Shown here in pieces: positions 11,713 to 19,639 of a stretch of 64,000 nucleotides of DNA. Positions within the stretch are counted from its first letter, which is position 1; the number at the start of each line of letters is the position of its first letter. The notes below the pieces were generated by a model. It searched no databases, had not been told where the DNA came from, and saw nothing but the letters and a program-made list of their open reading frames with translations. The stretch is from a virus. Position numbers and translations under genes: made by a program. The DNA lies in the IMG/VR virus record IMGVR_UViG_3300022748_000015, positions 60,827 to 124,826 of that record, one strand, 5' to 3'.

Positions 11713-12510
11713 TTATGCCTCTGGTGTTAAATACGGGTTTACAATTGGCTCGTACTGGGATCCTGCGTTAAAGAACTTACGAGACTCTTCATCATGTTGA
11801 TCATAGTCTGGGTGGAATACAAATCCAGGGAACATGTATTTATCTCCAGACTTCATGATGTGAACCTGATGCTTGTAGGGATGCGTAGACGGGAAGATCA
11901 ATGCTGATCCAGCCTTTGGCTTACGCCAGAAGTCAATTAGACCTGAATCCTTAGCATCCTCGATATCTTCTTCTGGCTTCAGTAGGTCATTCTTTGGGTC
12001 GCGGAGATCATAGTCTCGAATGATGAATGAGATTTCCCCACCCTCGTAGTCTTCATTCAGATATAGAACAATAGAGTACTTCAAAGTACGGTCGCCAGCC
12101 TGGGCATCAAAGTGGGCCCCCATTGCACAGCCTGGTCGATACTTCATGATTCCTACGAAAGGAGATAGATTTGGCTCATAATCGAACTCTCGGTCTCTAA
12201 AGTAAGCTTCCGCTACCTTCTTAACACCTGAGCGAATCTGATCAATAATGTACTGAACATCTGCCTTATATTCCTCTGGAAGTTGGTCAACCAGATCAGG
12301 ATTAAAATCTTTTTTACCACCAAAAGTGTGACCATCATTGCTATTTGATAGCCACTTACCCCACTTAGGGATGACAGAGTAGACTTCCTCGACCGAATCA
12401 AGATCTTCAATCATCTTAATGAGTTTACGAGGGTCCTCGATTACGTTCTCGTATAGGAAAACCTCTTCATGAAGTTTCTCAGCTAGGTGCATTTCTTTAT
12501 TCTCTGACAT
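11713..12510 (-). CDS. 2OG-Fe(II) oxygenase (P4H-like)
   Basis: HFD...YLNEDYEGGEI...HQV..GDK. Confidence 0.9.
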   Translation of the reverse strand: MSENKEMHLAEKLHEEVFLYENVIEDPRKLIKMIEDLDSVEEVYSVIPKWGKWLSNSNDGHTFGGKKDFNPDLVDQLPEEYKADVQYIIDQIRSGVKKVAEAYFRDREFDYEPNLSPFVGIMKYRPGCAMGAHFDAQAGDRTLKYSIVLYLNEDYEGGEISFIIRDYDLRDPKNDLLKPEEDIEDAKDSGLIDFWRKPKAGSALIFPSTHPYKHQVHIMKSGDKYMFPGFVFHPDYDQHDEESRKFFNAGSQYEPIVNPYLTPEA

Positions 12511-12543
12511 GTATATAATCCTATCTTAAGTATCTATTTGTAA

Positions 12544-13137
12544 TTAAAAGTCCCAAAAGGCCATAATGGTGTATCTAAATCCTGAGGTTACTTCCTTCAC
12601 CCCGTGAATATTTTCAAAACCACCGGGAAAAACTAGTAAGTCATTCTTTTCCGGTTTTATCTCTAGGCCATGATCTGGGAAGTAGATCTCCCCGCCTGAG
12701 TAGTCAGAATTAGCATATAGTATAGATACATATTTCAACTTACTAAACTCAGATACATTGCCCTTGTAGTCTGAATTATCTGAGTGTGGGTCAGCTTGTC
12801 CACCTTTTGACCACCGCTGGGCTTGTACATAGGTATCTAGTACAGGGTGTTCAAAGATACTTTCTACAGTTGATTTAAACTTTTTACTTAGGTTTAAAAA
12901 GTAATCCTTTGAAAGACCTCTAGACTCGAGGTTACTTTCCATATCTACTAAAGAGATTCCATAGGACTTATTGAATGATGTCTCGCTCCAAGGAAGTTCA
13001 TCATTTTTTAAAATATCCATAAGGATATCCAGCTCTTTTTCATCCAGGAAATCAGATATTCTAACTAGTCGATTAGTTTTAATACCCAACTTACTATCTA
13101 AAATAGGCTCATCTTTGTAGTAAGTTATAGTATTCAT
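12544..13137 (-). CDS. 2OG-Fe(II) oxygenase (P4H-like)
   Basis: HSD...YANSDYSGGEI...HGV..GFR. Confidence 0.9.
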   Translation of the reverse strand: MNTITYYKDEPILDSKLGIKTNRLVRISDFLDEKELDILMDILKNDELPWSETSFNKSYGISLVDMESNLESRGLSKDYFLNLSKKFKSTVESIFEHPVLDTYVQAQRWSKGGQADPHSDNSDYKGNVSEFSKLKYVSILYANSDYSGGEIYFPDHGLEIKPEKNDLLVFPGGFENIHGVKEVTSGFRYTIMAFWDF

Positions 13138-13829
13138 TGAGGTTGACGTTCACCTGTGTGCTTGGCGATAGTCCAGAAAAATGGGCAAGTGTAGCGAATG
13201 CCTGATTCGATCTTCGTTACTCCATGGATGTAGTTCATATCACCAGGGAAGAAGTATGCAGCTCCACGCTTAGGCTTGAACTGAATTCCTTGGAGTGGGA
13301 AATACAACTCCCCACCCTCGTAGTCATCATTGATATAAAAGAGTCCAGCAATATCGTAGTAAGGGAAATCATTAGGGATACCGCGGTTAGGCTCTTCATG
13401 CAGTTCTTTGTCTGCATGGGGCATCTGCAACTGACCTGGAAGCCAGCGCACCATAGCCGGGCTAGTGGGGATTGCGTCAACCTGAAGGTACTTATCTACC
13501 TCAACCTTTAGGCGAGCTACCATTCCTTCAATAATCTTAGGAATCTCTTCACTAGTTTTACGGATCGTATCGTATGTGGCTACTCGATCCTTCCAGTACT
13601 CTGAGTCATAGATTACGGTACCATCGTCATTGTAGTGAGTTTCAGTCACGTCCCAATATTCGTTATTACGAATGAAGGTATCTAAAGTAGTAATCTCTTC
13701 TTCAGTCATAAAGTTTTCTAGAGTAACAATGTTGTCAGGGGAGTTACCAAAGAATCCTGAAGGAGTTATAGAGACTCGGTCATTCATCGCGTGTTGGTTA
13801 TTGGAGTTTTCGAACTCGTTATTCTGCAT
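13134..13829 (-). CDS. 2OG-Fe(II) oxygenase (P4H-like)
   Basis: HAD...YINDDYEGGEL...HGV..GIR. Confidence 0.9.
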   Translation of the reverse strand: MQNNEFENSNNQHAMNDRVSITPSGFFGNSPDNIVTLENFMTEEEITTLDTFIRNNEYWDVTETHYNDDGTVIYDSEYWKDRVATYDTIRKTSEEIPKIIEGMVARLKVEVDKYLQVDAIPTSPAMVRWLPGQLQMPHADKELHEEPNRGIPNDFPYYDIAGLFYINDDYEGGELYFPLQGIQFKPKRGAAYFFPGDMNYIHGVTKIESGIRYTCPFFWTIAKHTGERQPQ

Positions 13830-13842
13830 AGTTATATCCTAG

Positions 13843-14574
13843 TTATCCGTAAATTCTTCTAGTCCAGACGGAGTTCTTGTATACTCCACCATCTCGTACT
13901 CGATACTTGGTTGAGTTATCATGGTTACTCTTAACCATAGTCTTGTAGTCAGGAACCGAGATCTCTGACTCCCAGTCCTCACGCTTGAAAGGGATGAGCT
14001 GAGCATAAGGAGTTCCAGCTGGTAGAATTCCAGTCCAACCTTCCTTAATAAAGAAAGGCATGGTTCCTGGTAAATTCACCTTATCATTGTCAATCACGCC
14101 ATTAGTTGTCTGGAATGGTAGATCATACCGATTCAGTGGGTGAGTGTACAGAACGCTGTACCCCTCCGGAACTGATACGGCCCAGTCAGCCCACCAAGCA
14201 AAGTGCTTCTCGTGATAACCCATGGGGTGGACAAACTGAGGTAGTGGGTCTCGGGGGCCGCAGAAATCTTGGTTCTGAGGGTCTAATACTTTTACTGCAA
14301 TTTGATTATTTGAATCTAGATAGAACTCTAGGTCACATGGTGTTTTATAGACATATCCAGTCATCATTACATCCATGATTGCTGGGCACGCCTTCCATGT
14401 AGGGATCTTCCCTTGCTGTGGGTGCTCCCATGGCTCGTTAGTCATTGGATTGATGGCAAACCGATCTGCTTTACGATACCAGTCTGGAATGTTTTTAGAT
14501 GTGGGTTCAGGTGTTGACTTACTGTCTTTTTTAAGCCACGGGCGGTTAGCAATAAATTTAATCTTGTTGCTCAA
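13843..14574 (-). CDS. Hypothetical protein, dUTPase-fold-like; paralog of 3873-4562
   Basis: KACPAIMD..GY; PFFIKEGWTGILPAGTPYAQLIPFKRE. Confidence 0.6.
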   Translation of the reverse strand: MSNKIKFIANRPWLKKDSKSTPEPTSKNIPDWYRKADRFAINPMTNEPWEHPQQGKIPTWKACPAIMDVMMTGYVYKTPCDLEFYLDSNNQIAVKVLDPQNQDFCGPRDPLPQFVHPMGYHEKHFAWWADWAVSVPEGYSVLYTHPLNRYDLPFQTTNGVIDNDKVNLPGTMPFFIKEGWTGILPAGTPYAQLIPFKREDWESEISVPDYKTMVKSNHDNSTKYRVRDGGVYKNSVWTRRIYG

Positions 14575-15292
14575 TCGTGGCTCCTGTCACTGGGCATGTA
14601 ATGGTCTTCAATTTAATCGATTTAGTTTCGTGTTTTCCGACGACTTCACCCTTGTAGTTCAAAGCATCTCGATACATTTTTGACCAGTCCCCGACACCAT
14701 TTTTGATTTCTGCAGCATCTCCGTACTTGGTTACTTCTTCCCAGTACGCACGGTCAAGGAATTTATCTGAAATCTCTAGTTGATAGTCGCCCTCTAAGGC
14801 TCCTAAAGAGATAGGGAGAACTGCAGCAACTGGAGTTCCAGCCGGGATGAATACTTCAATGTTTGGTTCCGTTAGACGCCAACCCAGAGGTAGTTCTGGC
14901 ATATAGAATGAAGTACTAATCAGGGTTGTATAGCATTGAGCACCACGAATGAACTGATTTGGAACAGGCATCGATAGAAGGGTAGTGTTCTGATCAGTTT
15001 TAAACACTAAACCTGATCTGAAGCTAATAGTCGCATTTCCGCGGCCAGTGTATACATACTCTTCCCCCTCGAGGACTTTGATGTGGGTGTCAGTAGTATC
15101 GGTAATTCCATCCCAGATGAAGCGAATATCCTTAGGGAACGATATTCCCCAGCCTAGTTTATTAGTCAGACTTACAGGGAAGCACATATATGCGTGCTTA
15201 TCTGCAGTCTCGTCCATCCAGTCTCGTCTAGCGGTTAATGGTTCAATGTTTGCTACATTGTTTCCAGCCTTGGTTACAGTAATAGTCTTCAC
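14558..15292 (-). CDS. DUF6065-like protein
   Basis: RDWMDET..HAYMCFPVSLTNKLGW N-terminal signature. Confidence 0.65.
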   Translation of the reverse strand: MKTITVTKAGNNVANIEPLTARRDWMDETADKHAYMCFPVSLTNKLGWGISFPKDIRFIWDGITDTTDTHIKVLEGEEYVYTGRGNATISFRSGLVFKTDQNTTLLSMPVPNQFIRGAQCYTTLISTSFYMPELPLGWRLTEPNIEVFIPAGTPVAAVLPISLGALEGDYQLEISDKFLDRAYWEEVTKYGDAAEIKNGVGDWSKMYRDALNYKGEVVGKHETKSIKLKTITCPVTGATIEQQD

Positions 15293-16050
15293 TAGTTACC
15301 AGTCTCCTCGTAGAACTTAGGGTTGTGGAACTTCTCTGAGAAGTCAAGCATGGTAACCATCGAATATTTGACACCAGAGATTACTGGCATTGCACGATGC
15401 GGGTACATGAAGTTTGAAGGGAAGATATAAGTCTCTCCAGCCTTTGGTTTAATGGTTGCACCCTGTAGACGGAAGAACAATTCTCCACCTTCATAGTCAT
15501 CATTAGGAAAGCTAACTAGAGATACTACGCAGTTGTATGAGTAGCCGTGGTCGTGGTGCTCCTGGAAGTGCTGACCTTCTCCATAACGAACGTAGTTAGT
15601 TGCTTCCCAGTATCGAAGCTCTCCTACGTTGTATCGGCGGGTATAGTCCTTAACAGCTTGGAGTTGGCGATAGTTGACATCATCTGCCAACTCTTGTAGT
15701 GCTAGTCCAGCTTCTGACTTATCGTTGATAATGTCTGACTTTTTGTATTTAAAATCTACGCAATCACGGTATTCTGGCATTCGCATGGCATAGCCAACCA
15801 TAGCCTCGGCGTATGAGTAGTTATTGCTTGGATCAGCTAGCACTGTTTCCAGTCGCTCGATGATATTCATATCCTTTGGTAGGACATCTCGATATACCCA
15901 AATTCCTGACCCAGGGGCAACCTCTTCGCAGGATGTCCAGGTTTTCTCTTCGATGTTATACCAAGCTTTTAGACGTTCTTCTACTGTCTTCTGCTCTTGC
16001 TTACCTAGCTCTTCTATTTTCGCTGAGGTACTTACTATCTCTGGTTGCAT
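15292..16050 (-). CDS. 2OG-Fe(II) oxygenase (P4H-like)
   Basis: HHD...PNDDYEGGEL...HRA..GVK. Confidence 0.9.
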   Translation of the reverse strand: MQPEIVSTSAKIEELGKQEQKTVEERLKAWYNIEEKTWTSCEEVAPGSGIWVYRDVLPKDMNIIERLETVLADPSNNYSYAEAMVGYAMRMPEYRDCVDFKYKKSDIINDKSEAGLALQELADDVNYRQLQAVKDYTRRYNVGELRYWEATNYVRYGEGQHFQEHHDHGYSYNCVVSLVSFPNDDYEGGELFFRLQGATIKPKAGETYIFPSNFMYPHRAMPVISGVKYSMVTMLDFSEKFHNPKFYEETGN

Positions 16051-16784
16051 TAGTATTTCAACTCATATTCCGTAATTACATGTGGTACTCGACGATTAAC
16101 ATTATCACGATCATTGTAGTCGCTCATGATGACTATAGCGTACTTGGTTCCGTCGATCATATCTTCAGAGGCATGCTCATAGATAAAGATAGACGGGAAT
16201 ACTACAATATCTCCTGCTTTAGGCTTAATCTTCAAGCCATCCATTCGAGGGAAATAAATCTCTCCGCCTTCATAGTCATCATTCAAATAGATAACGATAG
16301 ATACAGTACTGACATAGGTTGGACCATGGTCAGCGTGAATCTTAAAGTGGGTACCCTTACCGGGATACTTTACAAAATTAAATGCCTCGAATGACTGCAT
16401 CCCTACACCCCAGTAGCGCCCGTAGTCTGATACGCAGCTATACATGCTCTGAAAAATTTCTTCATGCATATCCAGAAGCTCGGCATTCTGAGGAGTTCTA
16501 GGCCCTAAATCCTTCGAGCCAAACTTAAAGTCTAGGGCATTTCTAGCTGAAACATCCGCCTCAGCTGAGTTGGTAACCATGGCACCCTGCCATTTGTAGG
16601 GTCCTGACCCATCTAGCTTATTTTCGAGGGTTTGAATAAACTTTGCGCATTGCTCTGGTGTATAGGCGCCTCTATAGATATTTATACCTAGAGCTGGATT
16701 TAGTACGGTAACGTTACCATACTGTCGATCTGGCATTCTATTAGATGAGGTCTCTGATCTATCTTTAGTGAACCAATCATTCAT
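16050..16784 (-). CDS. 2OG-Fe(II) oxygenase (P4H-like)
   Basis: HAD...YLNDDYEGGEI...HAS..GTK. Confidence 0.9.
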   Translation of the reverse strand: MNDWFTKDRSETSSNRMPDRQYGNVTVLNPALGINIYRGAYTPEQCAKFIQTLENKLDGSGPYKWQGAMVTNSAEADVSARNALDFKFGSKDLGPRTPQNAELLDMHEEIFQSMYSCVSDYGRYWGVGMQSFEAFNFVKYPGKGTHFKIHADHGPTYVSTVSIVIYLNDDYEGGEIYFPRMDGLKIKPKAGDIVVFPSIFIYEHASEDMIDGTKYAIVIMSDYNDRDNVNRRVPHVITEYELKY

Positions 16785-16800
16785 AGATCCAGTCTATACC

Positions 16801-17799
16801 TTATTCTAAAATAATTGGCTCTAAAAGTCTAAAATCTTCTGCGTGTCTAGGTATACCTAAGTTGTTATAGTTTGGATTATATTCGCAAATTCTATGATCC
16901 ATCCCTGACATTTTGCAATACTCTTCTACGGACTCTTTAGGGATGTCTCCATATATGCCTGTAAGTCTCCCTGATAGTAATAGATTTAGTTTCAACATTG
17001 AATCATCTGATTGTTTCCAGAAAGCATCTTTATTCATATCTGACCACGGGCGGTGGGTAGTCATTCTAGAGTGGATCTCGTCTGGGTACTCTTTGTATGT
17101 ATTGTGGTAATAAAGGATTCTTGGTGTTGAATAGAAACGCCACCCGCGGCACCATGCTTGGATGGTTACATAAATCTCTTCACCGTGATAACACATATCC
17201 GGGTCTAGCGGGACTTCATCTACAAACTCTTTAGGTGCAAATACCCAGCTGAGCTGTAGGTAGTAGTCTTCATGAACCGAACTATCCTCCGGAACTAGCT
17301 GAGTTCCCGGGAAACTATGGCCTGGAATATATCCTTCAGTTATGAATGGTCTATAGCTATTTTTTACTCGTCCTGCTCTAGAAGTATAGCTAATGCTCCA
17401 GTCTGAATTCATCTCGTACTCTGGCCCAGAGACCGTGAGTAGCGCTTTAGGATTTATTTCTTTTGCTTTTTCGTATTCCTCTAGAACTATAGTGTCCCAG
17501 CCTTCGGCAAATAAGTTGTGCCCGCAGGTATAGAGAATATAGTCATATTCTTCAGATACTTCTGTTGTCTTATCCCTAGACCAAAGTACCCCTCTATATT
17601 TTGAGAGATCGTATTTTCTATAGACTAGCTGACCCTCAGGGATGAAACTTAGGTCTGCATGAAGCTCTGGCTTACTTTGCTCCGATACAATCGAGAATAT
17701 TAGATTCCCTGGCTTAGCTGCCTTCTCATAGCAATCTCTAACTGACTCAGCTAGTTGACGCTCGCGATAGGCGATCATTGAGACAAGTATTTTTGTCAT
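16801..17799 (-). CDS. Glycosyltransferase, GT60/PF11397 (Skp1-hydroxyproline GlcNAc-transferase)-like
   Basis: ILVSMIAYRE..L..SV..CYEKA.KP..L; EVPLDP..C..GEE....AW..GW.FY.TP; the canonical DSH position reads CGH. Confidence 0.7.
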   Translation of the reverse strand: MTKILVSMIAYRERQLAESVRDCYEKAAKPGNLIFSIVSEQSKPELHADLSFIPEGQLVYRKYDLSKYRGVLWSRDKTTEVSEEYDYILYTCGHNLFAEGWDTIVLEEYEKAKEINPKALLTVSGPEYEMNSDWSISYTSRAGRVKNSYRPFITEGYIPGHSFPGTQLVPEDSSVHEDYYLQLSWVFAPKEFVDEVPLDPDMCYHGEEIYVTIQAWCRGWRFYSTPRILYYHNTYKEYPDEIHSRMTTHRPWSDMNKDAFWKQSDDSMLKLNLLLSGRLTGIYGDIPKESVEEYCKMSGMDHRICEYNPNYNNLGIPRHAEDFRLLEPIILE

Positions 17800-18590
17800 A
17801 GAGGTATATATCCTTCAACATTCTTAATAAAGTCTATACCTACAACAGTGCATTGCTGACATCCAGGACATTCCTTATTACCTTCCGGTAAGTCGTTAAA
17901 GTATGGCCCATGCCCGGAATGCTCGTAATATCTTATGTCACCATCGAGCTTATACTTCTTCATAGCCTCTGCGTACTGGATATTTCCTTCTTCGGAGTAG
18001 CAATCAATGTCATAAATCCAGTGGTCTTTAGTTGCATAATTAGCAAAAAGAACTGTTACGTAAGCTTCTTCATCGTCTACTGGATATCTAGGCCGAGTAT
18101 GTACCTGCTGTTGGCCCATAAAAAAGATTCCGCTATTATTTTGCTCCTCGAAACGCTCACCATCAATTGAGAGCCCCCAGCTCGGAACTCGATGTGATTC
18201 CACGCAAATATCCGCTGTGTATTGAGTAGCTGGTTGATCCATGTGCTCCCAGATGTATGGGGTTATTCCCTTATATTGCTGGTATCTGGCTACCCAAACT
18301 ATTTTTAGTCTAAGTTCTGGTAATCCCCATTGTTCTTTTCCTAGATTCTCTAGGTACTCCCAGACCTCTGGTGGAAAGTCTACCTCTGTATGCCATCTAC
18401 CGAGGATGTTGTGATACGGAGTTGCATTAGGTTTATTTTCTGAACCTGGTCCCCAGTTTGCTTGTTCATCAATAGTTGTTTTTACCTTATTCAAAATATC
18501 TTTAGTAAATACATTTTCTAGATAAAAAGCTGGCTTGCCTTCTGGAAGCTTCCATTTAATGTTTGGACTAGTATCAGCGTGTATAGGCAC
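17796..18590 (-). CDS. Divergent 2OG-Fe(II) oxygenase-like protein (subfamily B)
   Basis: HMD..YTADIC...HTR, shared with 37222 and 38085; C-terminal CPGCQQC. Confidence 0.6.
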   Translation of the reverse strand: MPIHADTSPNIKWKLPEGKPAFYLENVFTKDILNKVKTTIDEQANWGPGSENKPNATPYHNILGRWHTEVDFPPEVWEYLENLGKEQWGLPELRLKIVWVARYQQYKGITPYIWEHMDQPATQYTADICVESHRVPSWGLSIDGERFEEQNNSGIFFMGQQQVHTRPRYPVDDEEAYVTVLFANYATKDHWIYDIDCYSEEGNIQYAEAMKKYKLDGDIRYYEHSGHGPYFNDLPEGNKECPGCQQCTVVGIDFIKNVEGYIPL

Positions 18591-18609
18591 AATCTCTCCT
18601 GGGAATGCT

Positions 18610-18640
18610 AAAAGAGGAGCAGATTTCTCTGCCCCTCTTC
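18610..18640 (-). terminator. Intrinsic terminator downstream of the PPFF gene
   Basis: Minus strand gaagaggggcaga-GAAA-tctgctcctctt followed by tt. Confidence 0.6.
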
Positions 18641-18656
18641 TAGGTTATATCTTTTT

Positions 18657-19622
18657 TTATTCTTCGTCTTCTTCGACTTCAGATTCCTCTTCCATCATAC
18701 TCGGATCAATAGAGAAGATTCCAAAGCGTGGTGGGAATGAAGGTGGGAAGAACGGTGGGAAGAACGGTGGGAAGAACGGTGGGAAGAAAGGTGGGAAGAA
18801 GGGGAAGTAAGGGAAGAAAGGTGGGAAGAACGGTGGGAAGAATGGGAAGTAAGGAGGGAAGAACGGTGGGAAGAACGGTGGGAAGAACGGTGGGAAGAAT
18901 GGGAAGTAAGGAGGGAAGAACGGTGGGAAGAACGGTGGGAAGAACGGTGGTGTAGTAGAGATAGTATTAGTGGTTACAGTAGCCGAGTTACCATTTGCGT
19001 TAGTGGCATAGAGGCTAAAGTACTCATTTGTTCCACCTGGAACGGGGGTATCGTAGTATACAGCGCTAGTAGGAGTGCCGCTATTGGCTAGGGACCCTAC
19101 TCCGATGACGATAGGAGTATTTGGGGCTAGCGATGGAACCAGCGTAGTTTGAGTAATAGCTGAACCACCAGTTGCTCCTACAGTCCAAGCAATTCGGTCA
19201 GAGTCAGCACTTGGCGAGCTTAGGGCTGGCGACTGAGGAGCTTGAGGAACAGTAGTAACTGCAACTGAAGATGATGTTACTGCATTAGAATTTCCAGCAG
19301 CATTCTTTGCAACTACAGAGAATGTATATGAAACTCCAGAAGCAAGACCTTCAAACACAAACGGTGCACCACCAGTAGGTAGTGTAGTTGTATTCTTAGT
19401 TACAGTTGCTGGGGTTGAAGTGATGTCATAGCTTGTTGCTGCTGGAGATAGTGCTGGAAGGGTCCATACTAGGTTTACAGCACCACCCTGACCATTAGTT
19501 CCGGTAGCTACAGCAAGGTATGGTCGGTTAGTTCCAACGTTAGTTGCAGTTGTGATTGTTACATCATTAGGCTGTAGGAAGTCATTCTGTGACTGTGAGT
19601 GTCTACCAGCTCTTTTTGCCAT
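18657..19622 (-). CDS. FN3-domain virion protein with (PPFF)n tract and acidic tail
   Basis: FEGLASGVSYTFSVVAKNAAGNS FN3 motif; 76-aa Pro/Phe tract; ends EEESEVEEDEE. Confidence 0.85.
   Translation of the reverse strand: MAKRAGRHSQSQNDFLQPNDVTITTATNVGTNRPYLAVATGTNGQGGAVNLVWTLPALSPAATSYDITSTPATVTKNTTTLPTGGAPFVFEGLASGVSYTFSVVAKNAAGNSNAVTSSSVAVTTVPQAPQSPALSSPSADSDRIAWTVGATGGSAITQTTLVPSLAPNTPIVIGVGSLANSGTPTSAVYYDTPVPGGTNEYFSLYATNANGNSATVTTNTISTTPPFFPPFFPPFFPPYFPFFPPFFPPFFPPFFPPYFPFFPPFFPPFFPYFPFFPPFFPPFFPPFFPPFFPPSFPPRFGIFSIDPSMMEEESEVEEDEE
18723..18950 (-). repeat. Coding 12-nt tandem repeat (plus strand ggtgggaagaac) encoding PPFF
   Basis: About 20 units, with a duplicated (PPFF)3-PPYF-PFF higher-order unit. 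Confidence 0.95.
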
Positions 19623-19639
19623 TTCTTAATTCTCTCCTA

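Noticed and set aside
18728-18955. Plus-strand (VGRT)n ORF; possible CRISPR-like array
   Set aside because: Antisense of the PPFF repeat; contiguous 12-nt units with no unique spacers and no cas genes
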